From: a virus
DNA: 64,000 nt
Direction: 5' to 3' (one strand)
Virus record (IMG/VR): IMGVR_UViG_3300011116_000920
Location: 4,368 to 68,367 of that record
Position numbers and translations under genes: made by a program. Below the pieces are notes generated by a model. That model had not been told where the DNA came from and did not search any database. It was given only the letters and a program-made list of their open reading frames with translations. Each line of letters opens with the position of its first letter. Within the stretch, counting starts at the first letter, position 1. This document shows positions 29,429 through 38,042 of this stretch, in pieces.

Positions 29429-29722
29429 ATGAACGTTGACAGAAGTTCTTATTTATTCAAGATTGTTTCTTATCATGTATCAAACATCTGTAATGAAATT
29501 CTTAATGAGGATGATGAAAAATCAGAAAGGTACGGAACAAAGAAAGCTAAAGACATTTTAGAATACACTCACATGATGGGTTCATTTGAGTCAATCATGG
29601 AAAACTTAGATGCATTGACATGTAAGATAGTAGAGAATGTTCCTACCCACATCTTAGAAGGACATGATGAAATGTTATATGATTATGTTTTCATTAGTTT
29701 CTTAAATCACTTTTCAAAATAA
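29429..29722 (+). CDS. hypothetical protein
   Basis: Start reassigned after leader. Confidence 0.6.
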   Translation: MNVDRSSYLFKIVSYHVSNICNEILNEDDEKSERYGTKKAKDILEYTHMMGSFESIMENLDALTCKIVENVPTHILEGHDEMLYDYVFISFLNHFSK

Positions 29723-29727
29723 ACAAC

Positions 29728-29928
29728 ATGAGAAATAGTAAAGAATGGATAGCTGTCTTAAATGGCACAAGGATTGATTCTAATGGGTTCTACTGTGGTG
29801 CGGCCTGTGTTACCTCCTACAATAAGAAAGAGGCCATACGATTGCTCTCTAAGGCTAAGATGCATTACTTCGGCACCTATAAGATTAACAAGGAGGTTAG
29901 GAAGAATACAAACATCTACGCTAATTAA
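29728..29928 (+). CDS. hypothetical protein
   Basis: ORF in operon. Confidence 0.55.
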   Translation: MRNSKEWIAVLNGTRIDSNGFYCGAACVTSYNKKEAIRLLSKAKMHYFGTYKINKEVRKNTNIYAN

Positions 29929-30014
29929 CAAAATTTTAACATGAGGGGTATTGTATATATCATGTAAGCTCCTTATCTTTGTATCATATTATTAACCACT
30001 TTAAATTTTAAATC

Positions 30015-30245
30015 ATGCAGTTAGATAAAGTAATGTTGGATAAATTGGAATCCTGGTTTGAGACCTATAATCCTGATAGTATGTTATTTGGATTTGATAT
30101 AGATGAAGAGGATGAAGAGTTGATGTATAAAGATTATCAAGAGTTAATTGAGTTACTGGGGAGAGCTAAGAGGAATGAGTTAACAGATGATGATAAAGAT
30201 GTTATATCATTCCATTTAGATTGTATTGAAAATGATGAAGAGTAA
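30015..30245 (+). CDS. acidic small protein
   Basis: Promoter and leader; D/E-rich. Confidence 0.65.
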   Translation: MQLDKVMLDKLESWFETYNPDSMLFGFDIDEEDEELMYKDYQELIELLGRAKRNELTDDDKDVISFHLDCIENDEE

Positions 30246-30275
30246 TTTTTAGTCACCGCGAAAAACTTAAAAAAA

Positions 30276-30506
30276 ATGATAGACCAAATTAAATTTCATA
30301 ATGGCGATTTAGATTTTGAGATTGATAAAATTAAATCTTTTGTTTGCCATACATCGATTACAGTCAATGAAGATTATAATCTTGACTATCCATTTATATT
30401 AGATGTAGAGGATAGTTCTTATTTCTATGCAAATAAATTAGACAGAGACTCTGATTATATTAAATTAAAAGAATTATTGTTCACCACGAAAAACTTAAAA
30501 AAATGA
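30276..30506 (+). CDS. hypothetical protein
   Basis: ORF in operon. Confidence 0.6.
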   Translation: MIDQIKFHNGDLDFEIDKIKSFVCHTSITVNEDYNLDYPFILDVEDSSYFYANKLDRDSDYIKLKELLFTTKNLKK

Positions 30507-30778
30507 TAGACGAAAAAGAGTTAAGTGATTTTCTCCCAGGAAGGGATGTAAATGATTTTGTATTCACCGTGTTAGATAAGCACAGCGATGAAGTACTTAC
30601 ATGGTACATAGAAGATGTCCTTGATGAAATAAACAGAGACAGATCCGGAAAGTGGGTTGATTATACTAAGGATGATTGGTTCGATGGATGGTCGGCATTT
30701 TGTGAGGACGACATCTTTACCATGTTACAGATAGAAGATAAGGGAGATATAGTAGGAGCGCCTTTCCCCTTCATTTAA
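30503..30778 (+). CDS. hypothetical protein, paralog of 18147-18413
   Basis: Shared EINRDRS motif. Confidence 0.75.
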   Translation: MIDEKELSDFLPGRDVNDFVFTVLDKHSDEVLTWYIEDVLDEINRDRSGKWVDYTKDDWFDGWSAFCEDDIFTMLQIEDKGDIVGAPFPFI

Positions 30779-30786
30779 AATATATC

Positions 30787-30857
30787 AGCAAGGTAGTTCA
30801 GTGGTAGAATGGGATTTTATTATTCCCAGGACGCAGGTTCGATTCCTGCCCTTGCTA
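30787..30857 (+). tRNA. atypical or pseudo tRNA (possible TAT anticodon, irregular arm)
   Basis: AGCAAGG/CCTTGCT acceptor, D and T arms intact; GGGAT-TTTATTA-TTCCC with T-T mismatch, missing N26, pyrimidine at 37. Confidence 0.6.
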
Positions 30858-30871
30858 CTAAAAATAATAAC

Positions 30872-31048
30872 ATGAGTTACGAATCAAAGTATATTGAGCA
30901 GCCAGTAGTGAGCGTGCATGATTCAGGTGAGGAAGGACCTATGCTTGTAATCCACAGTCACATCAACCAGAAGGGTAAGATGATTCTAAGCAAAGACGAA
31001 GCATCCCTACTGTTACTAGAGCTGTATAAATTCATTGAAAACAACTAA
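30872..31048 (+). CDS. hypothetical protein
   Basis: Start reassigned downstream of the tRNA-like element. Confidence 0.55.
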   Translation: MSYESKYIEQPVVSVHDSGEEGPMLVIHSHINQKGKMILSKDEASLLLLELYKFIENN

Positions 31049-31049
31049 C

Positions 31050-32057
31050 ATGAAAGTATTAATAACGGGTGTCGCAGGATTCATTGGCAGTCATCTAGCA
31101 CATTCTATGTTAACCCAATGTCACAAAGTGATAGGTGTGGACTTCATTGATGGAAGCGATACCCAGTTATTAAAGATGATGAGATTGAATGATGTATGGG
31201 ATAATCAACAGGATAGAAAAAACACCGGGTACTACAACTTGGACATAGCAGACAAGAAGAAGGTAGACATCTTATTCTCCCTGCACAGGTTTGACCTAGT
31301 TGTTCACTTGGCAGGACAGGCCGGAGTTAGAGCTAGCGTCAAGGATCCGGATCTATTTGCCCGATCAAATGTCCAAGGATTCTTAAACATTATAGAAGCA
31401 TGTAAGAAATATGAAGTAAAGCATTTAGTGTATGCATCTAGTTCAAGTGTATATGGAATGGGTAGTAACATGGATATGGCATTTAGTACAGATGATAGAA
31501 CAGATGGGCCGGTATCCTTTTATGCAGCGACTAAGAAGATGAATGAATTGACGGCACATGTATATAGTCATTTGTTCAACATGCGTACTACAGGTCTTAG
31601 ATTCTTTACAGTGTATGGTCCATGGGGTAGACCGGATATGATGGTTTATAAATTTACATATAACATCCATAATAACATTCCTATTAACATTTATAATCAT
31701 GGAGAGATGTTTAGAGAATTTACTTACATTGATGATATTATTGATGGGATTAATATTGTGATTAAAAATGAAACGGATGTCAAGTACATGTTATATAATG
31801 TAGGGAGCAATGAGAGCATTAAGATTTTAGATTTCATTGATGTTCTGGAGGAGGAGATTGGAAAGAAGGCCCGCCGGAATTTAGAACGGATGCAGGACGG
31901 AGATGTTTACTTCACTGCGTCCGATGTATCACCCCTAAGAAGATTAGGATACGAACCGAAAGTAAAATACAGGGAAGGAATCAGACGGTTTTTAAAATGG
32001 TATGATTCAATAGACGATATAGAACACCGGACCATAATGGAACAGACCGGTGTGTAA
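31050..32057 (+). CDS. NAD-dependent epimerase (UDP-glucuronate 4-epimerase-like)
   Basis: TGVAGFIG, HLAGQAGVR, ASSSSVYG, YAATKK, LRFFTVYGPWGRPDM. Confidence 0.92.
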   Translation: MKVLITGVAGFIGSHLAHSMLTQCHKVIGVDFIDGSDTQLLKMMRLNDVWDNQQDRKNTGYYNLDIADKKKVDILFSLHRFDLVVHLAGQAGVRASVKDPDLFARSNVQGFLNIIEACKKYEVKHLVYASSSSVYGMGSNMDMAFSTDDRTDGPVSFYAATKKMNELTAHVYSHLFNMRTTGLRFFTVYGPWGRPDMMVYKFTYNIHNNIPINIYNHGEMFREFTYIDDIIDGINIVIKNETDVKYMLYNVGSNESIKILDFIDVLEEEIGKKARRNLERMQDGDVYFTASDVSPLRRLGYEPKVKYREGIRRFLKWYDSIDDIEHRTIMEQTGV

Positions 32058-32125
32058 GAGCAAAGTTTAAGTGGTGCATTTTAGAAGGTGGGCTCTAACC
32101 TCCCCGGTTAACCTACCTTCCTTTT
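32058..32125 (+). ncRNA. candidate 3'-UTR sRNA with anti-leader seed
   Basis: CAAAGTTTAAGTGGTG (32061) then GAAGGTGGG...CCTACCTTC hairpin and T-tract. Confidence 0.35.
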
Positions 32126-32147
32126 AAAAAACAAACAAATCAATTAT

Positions 32148-32495
32148 ATGAGATCAATTCTTTCAACCTTTTTACTCTTAGGAGTGTTTTATTCTTATGG
32201 CCAAGAACCGATTAATTGTGTAATAAACAACACCGTTCTATTCGAAAATCTTGAGCCCGATCAAGATAAGTTCGAGTACGTTATCGTGGACCGGAGTACA
32301 GACCTGATAGACGGTATTAATCACATGCTTATGTTCGTAGTACCCCAAAGAAACAACCGGGTTGTATCTTTCCGGGGAGAAGAGCGGGAAGTGATTTACA
32401 ACGCTAAGAAGAGACGGTACATCTTTGACGGAGGAACCTACAAGACCTACCCGGATCTACTTTCGGCGGTGAAGTTCTTTTTATTAACCAATTAA
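32148..32495 (+). CDS. secreted hypothetical protein
   Basis: Signal peptide ending SYG-Q. Confidence 0.65.
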   Translation: MRSILSTFLLLGVFYSYGQEPINCVINNTVLFENLEPDQDKFEYVIVDRSTDLIDGINHMLMFVVPQRNNRVVSFRGEEREVIYNAKKRRYIFDGGTYKTYPDLLSAVKFFLLTN

Positions 32496-32507
32496 CACAT
32501 TTCTCAC

Positions 32508-32918
32508 ATGTCCAAAAAATTAAATTCAACGGATCTTATACCATTAGATTCATTATCATTAGGAGAGCCATTAGGTAATAAGATGGAAATATTTAATAAC
32601 GTCATTACATCTATTAAAACATTTCCAGATTCAAATTATTTATGTTGTGCTTACTTGCTTATAGAAGATCCGGAAGATGAAACAAATGTATTCTTCTTTC
32701 CATTGTTTGAAGATGATAATAAGAACATGCAAGCATTCTTATTGAAAACGGAAGATGATACAAAAGTTTTTATAGATTACATGAAGAAAGTATCTGAAAA
32801 TGTAAAAGTTCCAAAGTTGAAAGAATTCATAGATGAGATAAATCATGAGATTAAAATAGATTCTGAAAAAGGAAAATATTATAAATCATGTAGAGGAGTA
32901 TTAACCATACCGGCATAA
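32508..32918 (+). CDS. hypothetical protein
   Basis: ORF. Confidence 0.6.
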   Translation: MSKKLNSTDLIPLDSLSLGEPLGNKMEIFNNVITSIKTFPDSNYLCCAYLLIEDPEDETNVFFFPLFEDDNKNMQAFLLKTEDDTKVFIDYMKKVSENVKVPKLKEFIDEINHEIKIDSEKGKYYKSCRGVLTIPA

Positions 32919-33068
32919 ATTAGTCGCCGGGCCTGGAAAATTGGCCCCGCGGAAAATTAAGGAACGCATTTAGATTAGAGCCCAAAAAAAATATGGAAAA
33001 AAATATTCGCCGGGGCTTGCATATATCAAAAGAATGTATTATCTTTGCAGCATATTAAAATGATCAAC

Positions 33069-33413
33069 ATGGAAAATGAAAAAATAGAACGGCTGTTAAA
33101 TAGAACGGCAATTCTTATACAACAACGGAAAGAGTTAGAGGATAAAGAGAACGCACTTAAGAAAGAAGTACAAGAGGCCTTAGAAGAAGCAGATCTCCCA
33201 ACGCTATCGACTTCAATGATATCGGTAATAAAAGTAACAAAGAAGTCCTTTACTTACTCTCCGGAAATTCAACGGCTGGAGAAAGAGGTGAAGGCAAGGA
33301 AAAGCCAGGAAGAGATTTACGGTATAGCAAAAGAAACGCTTAAGTCTCACTACATGTACACACTAAGTAAACAATTCGTAAAGGATGCTTATGACGACTT
33401 TGGAGACATTTAA
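33069..33413 (+). CDS. coiled-coil protein, paralog of 15119-15418
   Basis: Promoter ~33039; see paralog. Confidence 0.7.
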   Translation: MENEKIERLLNRTAILIQQRKELEDKENALKKEVQEALEEADLPTLSTSMISVIKVTKKSFTYSPEIQRLEKEVKARKSQEEIYGIAKETLKSHYMYTLSKQFVKDAYDDFGDI

Positions 33414-33696
33414 AGAACGATTCACCGACGCACTTTCCATTAGGTTGAACGGTGTTAGATACTGCGGTAAACGACTACAAACAGACGGAGTTGAATTATA
33501 TGTTTTAACCGGTGACTATAATCCGGTTCATAAACAATACATGGAGTACATGGCAATGGTCCACTCTCCAACCGGTAATATAAACATAATAAGCATGGAA
33601 GAGAACGGTAAGTTATTTCCTTGGATTACTTTGAACATGGCCAAACAGATCACAGAATTTATAAACATTAACAAAAAGGGTGCAGCCCGTAAATAA
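33391..33696 (+). CDS. hypothetical protein
   Basis: ORF in operon. Confidence 0.6.
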   Translation: MTTLETFKERFTDALSIRLNGVRYCGKRLQTDGVELYVLTGDYNPVHKQYMEYMAMVHSPTGNINIISMEENGKLFPWITLNMAKQITEFININKKGAARK

Positions 33697-33702
33697 ATTA
33701 AC

Positions 33703-34122
33703 ATGGAACAACAGAAGAGTAAAAAGTTTGTAGGTAACGGCAGACTAATCACAACGAAAGATTCGACCGGCTTTGGTATGAGTATATGTATCACCGATCT
33801 ATTCGAATTATGCATGAAGGATCCGGAAGTATCTCAATTCATTTATGTGTCAGAGAAGACCGGTAAGAAATATTTACCGCTTATCGCATGGCCACTAAAA
33901 GAAGTAAGAGACGAGGATAAGTTCCGGACCCACGCCATTAGCATAGACACTTATAAGAAAGACGAAGCTAAAGGCCAGACATCATACACAGCAAAAGCAA
34001 ACCCGGAGCCAAAGCCGAAGGCCGCACCAAAAGAGAATAAGTTCGACGATGTTTTTGAGAATGCATTTCCAACAGCAGCGGCTACAACTACAGTGTTAAC
34101 GGATGACGATTTGCCATTCTAA
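33703..34122 (+). CDS. putative single-stranded DNA-binding protein
   Basis: Acidic SSB-type C-terminus DDDLPF; GKKYL..THAISIDT core typical of Bacteroidota phage SSB-like proteins. Confidence 0.65.
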   Translation: MEQQKSKKFVGNGRLITTKDSTGFGMSICITDLFELCMKDPEVSQFIYVSEKTGKKYLPLIAWPLKEVRDEDKFRTHAISIDTYKKDEAKGQTSYTAKANPEPKPKAAPKENKFDDVFENAFPTAAATTTVLTDDDLPF

Positions 34123-34166
34123 TCTTACATGAATTAACTTTATATAACCATTAAATCTTTTAAAAA

Positions 34167-34352
34167 ATGCTATCAACAAGCGTATTAGTTTTATTATCTA
34201 TCACATCCATTATCTTTATGATCATGGGTATAGCAGTTCTATCCGACAAAGCAAAAGTAGATTCTCCATGGGAAAAGAAAGTACCCGGATCCTTGCTATT
34301 GTTCTCCGGATTAGCTCTATCCCTCGCATGTATCATAGACATACTTGGTTAA
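34167..34352 (+). CDS. small two-TM protein
   Basis: Hydrophobic; followed by terminator. Confidence 0.6.
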   Translation: MLSTSVLVLLSITSIIFMIMGIAVLSDKAKVDSPWEKKVPGSLLLFSGLALSLACIIDILG

Positions 34353-34364
34353 TGGTTGCATGTG

Positions 34365-34400
34365 AGAAGGGAACCGATGAAAGTCGGTTCCCTTTCTTTA
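34365..34400 (+). terminator. intrinsic terminator
   Basis: AAGGGAACCGA-TGAAAG-TCGGTTCCCTT plus T-rich tail. Confidence 0.8.
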
Positions 34401-34683
34401 TGTTCTATCTCCCTGGTCACAAAAAAATATAAAAAAAATGTAAATGATTGATTGTCAATGGTATTTTAATTTCAAACATGTCAATTAGATCAAAAAAATG
34501 CATTTTATTCTATCTCCCTGGCCACAAAAAGATCAAAAAAAACATAAAAAGTTGACAATCAATGCTATTTTTTATCAACATTTCTCATAAATGCACAGTA
34601 AAATGTATAAAAAATGCACAAATGATGTAAAAATCCATCATTAAGCATGTTTTTTTAATGTAATGTTGCAAAAATCAAACAAA

Positions 34684-35304
34684 ATGGAAAAAATTAATAG
34701 AAAAGGCATCCCATATAAGAAGGATGCGGACAAACAAACCACTAGTGTTATTATTAGAGTAACAGAAGGCCTAAAGAAAACAATTCAAGACGCAGCTACT
34801 AAAGAGAATAAAACTGTGTCCGAAATGCTTAGAGACCTTACTTTAAACGATAAACCTATAAAGAAACCCGTTAAAGCAACCGTTAAAAAAGCAGTTGTTA
34901 AAGAAGAGGCTAAAGCAGTTGTTAAAGAAGAGGCTAAAGCAGTTGTACAAAAAGAGAAAAAGAACAAGAAAAAGCTAGCATGGAACGGTATATTTGGTGG
35001 TAATAGAGTCTATCAACATATAATAATTTGGCATGACGTTAAAGCGGAAGTCCCGGCCGATGCTGCAAGAAGTTACGATAGATACCATGAAGACATCCAT
35101 GTAGATGGTTGTAAGTTATTGTTATTAGTTAAGGTAAAAGAGGATGGTGAAACATATCTTGAGCTAGAAGAAGGATGGTATGATGCTAAGATGGACAGAA
35201 ATCACATATATAGAGAGAAAGGTGCAGAGGGAAAGGTTATCGCCTACGCTTTTGTACAGGCCATCGAACCCATAATGATATTTAATAAAACAGAAGAAGA
35301 CTAA
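34684..35304 (+). CDS. ribbon-helix-helix DNA-binding protein with internal repeat
   Basis: TSVIIRVTEGLKKTIQDAATKENKTVSEMLRDL; KAVVKEEA repeated. Confidence 0.65.
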   Translation: MEKINRKGIPYKKDADKQTTSVIIRVTEGLKKTIQDAATKENKTVSEMLRDLTLNDKPIKKPVKATVKKAVVKEEAKAVVKEEAKAVVQKEKKNKKKLAWNGIFGGNRVYQHIIIWHDVKAEVPADAARSYDRYHEDIHVDGCKLLLLVKVKEDGETYLELEEGWYDAKMDRNHIYREKGAEGKVIAYAFVQAIEPIMIFNKTEED

Positions 35305-35589
35305 AACAAATGGAAGAAAATAACGAACATTGGATATCTAAACTAACGGATAAACAGGTATACATCATATCTTTCATCCTAATAGTCACTCCAACACTCT
35401 TATATTATGGATTTAAATATGTGTTTAATCTGCTTTCCAATTAGACATCAAAGAATCCATTTTAAGGCATATAGCGTTCATTCTGCTGCATCTTCTCATA
35501 CCGGGTGGAACTAGATGAAGGGTTCCACCCAAAGTTTATTAGGAGCCAACTGTGAGGGAAAAAAAGGCATTCGATGAAAAAATTCGCCT

Positions 35590-36070
35590 GATTCCCCCCG
35601 CCTTATCTACATACTAAACCACATGCACTACAATTTAACTTACCACATAGAACGTATTTTTTGCTGCTCATTTCCCGATACTTGCACATCACTTCCAGTA
35701 CTACTCCTACACGTTATTGATTTATTCATCTTATTTTTATCATTTTCTTTCATTTATCATCTATCTTTTCATGTTACAGTCATATTGATTAGGATTACAT
35801 TTATTATTCTTTATGTTCTTGATATGCTTTATAGATGATTTTATATTGGATGTCTTTATTAGCTGTATGTAGATGTTATATGGATGATGTTAGAATGTTA
35901 TATGGATGATTTTATATTAGATTTGTATTATCATGTTATTTTTATGTTTTATTTGGATATTATTATTTTATGTTGTATCTTTGTATTCATGTTATATAAT
36001 GTATATTGATGTTATTATTTAATTTTATTATTTAATTGCTGGGATTGTGTATTATGTAGTGTCCCCGCGC
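35590..36070. repeat. low-complexity ~11-bp phased CAT/ATG tract ending in CCCCGCG
   Basis: agatg-ttatatggatg-atgttagaatg-ttatatggatg; C-rich left half, G-rich right half. Confidence 0.6.
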
Positions 36071-36081
36071 AAAAGTAGAAA

Positions 36082-36375
36082 ATGATTGACTTAAATGATA
36101 TGGAAAGGAAATTGGATGAAGCATTGAGTAAAGAGACTAAAGAAACATTGACTGATTTTGTAAACATGAAAAGAAACAAAATGGAAAAGACAGCCGTAGA
36201 ATGGTTGATTGATTGGATGAAGTCAAATCAATACTTTATAGGAAATGATTTATTAGAGGCAGCACATACAGCTAAGGCAATGGAGTACTTCCAAAATAAA
36301 AAAATGTATGAGAGAGGTGCCGAAGATTTTGTAAAAAAAGTTAATCAATTAAGTAAACCATCATCTAATGAATAA
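36082..36375 (+). CDS. hypothetical phage protein (TAVEWL family)
   Basis: KTAVEWL...AKAME. Confidence 0.6.
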   Translation: MIDLNDMERKLDEALSKETKETLTDFVNMKRNKMEKTAVEWLIDWMKSNQYFIGNDLLEAAHTAKAMEYFQNKKMYERGAEDFVKKVNQLSKPSSNE

Positions 36376-36739
36376 TGAATTTGTAAGCTATGAAGTTGCA
36401 TCAGAACTTAAAGAATTAGGATTTGATGAATCTTGTTTTGGATATTATGATTGCGAAAGAGATTTTAAATTTTTACCTAATAAAAGTGAATTTCTTGAAT
36501 GTGAATTCGCTGCACCGACATTTTCTCATGTATTTAGATTTTTTAGAGAGAAGTATGATCTTTTTGGATGTATTGATTTACATGTGAGTACACCTCTTCA
36601 TTGGTATGTAAGAATTGATAAAATTTCTATTAATGATTATCTTTACCATTCAGAAGATGATTTTATATATTATGCGAATTACGAGGATGCGGAGTTAGCT
36701 TGTTTAATGAAATTAATTGAAATTGTTGAAAATGTATAA
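36368..36739 (+). CDS. hypothetical protein, tandem paralog 1 of 3
   Basis: LKELGFDE.C...APTFS..FRFFREKY...YEDAELACL.KLI. Confidence 0.75.
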   Translation: MNNEFVSYEVASELKELGFDESCFGYYDCERDFKFLPNKSEFLECEFAAPTFSHVFRFFREKYDLFGCIDLHVSTPLHWYVRIDKISINDYLYHSEDDFIYYANYEDAELACLMKLIEIVENV

Positions 36740-36741
36740 TT

Positions 36742-37134
36742 ATGATGAATGAACTTATTTCTTATAATGATTCTTTAATGCTTAGAGAATTGGGATTTGA
36801 TGAGGCATGTTTTGCTTGGTATAGTAAGGGTCAATTAATACTTGAACATCATATCATATTTACTGGAGATCAATATTACATGAGAGAAGAGGATTGTAAT
36901 GCCCCCACATTTTCTCAGGCCTTTAGATTTTTTAGAAAGAAATTTAATCTTTTTAGTTGTGTTGAATTACATCTTAACTTTCCTATCCGTTATTATTTTA
37001 TGATTGAGGAAATTGGTAATGATGATTTTGTTTATCACACAGAAAATGAAACCATATTTTATGATAAATATGAGGATGCGGAAATAGCTTGTTTAAAACT
37101 ATTAATTGAATTAGTTAAAAATAAATCAATATGA
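36742..37134 (+). CDS. hypothetical protein, tandem paralog 2 of 3
   Basis: Same motifs. Confidence 0.75.
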   Translation: MMNELISYNDSLMLRELGFDEACFAWYSKGQLILEHHIIFTGDQYYMREEDCNAPTFSQAFRFFRKKFNLFSCVELHLNFPIRYYFMIEEIGNDDFVYHTENETIFYDKYEDAEIACLKLLIELVKNKSI

Positions 37135-37562
37135 AACATACCCTTGAATTGAAAAAAGAATTTGTAAAATACGAAGTGGCGGTAGAACTTAAAAAATTAG
37201 GATTTGATGAGCCTTGTTTGGGTAGATGGTTAGTGGTAAAAGAATGGGAGGAACCAACGGGAGAAATTATACTACAATTAGGAACTAAAGCGGAGGACTA
37301 TGATAAAAGTCAATGTCCAGCACCCCTATTTTCTCAAGCATTTAGGTTTTTTAGGGAGAAGTATCAATGGCAATCATACATAGAACCAACTTCTGATCAA
37401 CATAGTCGCGAACTTGGATACAACTATTATCTTTGGAATTATAAAACAGGTGAGGAATATAATACAATGCCTCAAAATTGCCCCTCCGGAGATTGGGAAT
37501 TTGAAAAGTATGAAGATGCAGAATTGGCATGTTTAATTAAATTGATTAAAATAAACTCATGA
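37131..37562 (+). CDS. hypothetical protein, tandem paralog 3 of 3
   Basis: Same motifs. Confidence 0.75.
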   Translation: MKHTLELKKEFVKYEVAVELKKLGFDEPCLGRWLVVKEWEEPTGEIILQLGTKAEDYDKSQCPAPLFSQAFRFFREKYQWQSYIEPTSDQHSRELGYNYYLWNYKTGEEYNTMPQNCPSGDWEFEKYEDAELACLIKLIKINS

Positions 37563-37774
37563 GACTAACACCGAAAGAAAAAGCAGAAGAATTAGTATTG
37601 AGGTATCTAAGAATCGATAATAATACTAAAGAATGGTTTAATTCGTATATAGCAAAACAATGTGCTTTAATTGCAGTTGATGAGATATTAAAAGCAAGAG
37701 AAGTTAGTCCAGGGGGATTAATTTTAGATGGAGATTATTGGTTAGAAGTTAAAGAGGAAATTATTAAACTTTAA
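37559..37774 (+). CDS. hypothetical phage protein (TPKEKA.EL...AKQCALIAVDEI family)
   Basis: Motif common in Bacteroidota phages. Confidence 0.7.
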   Translation: MRLTPKEKAEELVLRYLRIDNNTKEWFNSYIAKQCALIAVDEILKAREVSPGGLILDGDYWLEVKEEIIKL

Positions 37775-37787
37775 AAACAATTATAAA

Positions 37788-38042
37788 ATGTCAGAAGAAA
37801 AAGCATTGTTAGCAGCTCATATTTTAGAGAGACTTACTAAATTTAGACGTATTTTTAAAATCTTAGCAGAAAGTAGAGAGATACCTGAAATTGTATTTAG
37901 ATGTAAAGATATTAACTTTAAGGAAACTACTTTACATATTAATGGAGAGGATGCAGGATTGAAGAGTATTTTTGTTGAGTTTAATAAAGATGCTATAAGT
38001 AATCATATTTTTAGACTAGAGGAAGAATTAGAGAATTTGTAG
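37788..38042 (+). CDS. hypothetical protein
   Basis: ORF. Confidence 0.55.
   Translation: MSEEKALLAAHILERLTKFRRIFKILAESREIPEIVFRCKDINFKETTLHINGEDAGLKSIFVEFNKDAISNHIFRLEEELENL

Noticed and set aside
8327-30010. ACCACTT as a Shine-Dalgarno variant
   Set aside because: Not complementary to the canonical 16S 3' end (CCUCC), and mostly too far from the start codon.
35623-35838. 71-aa hydrophobic ORF
   Set aside because: Probably a by-product of the low-complexity tract, although it cannot be fully excluded.
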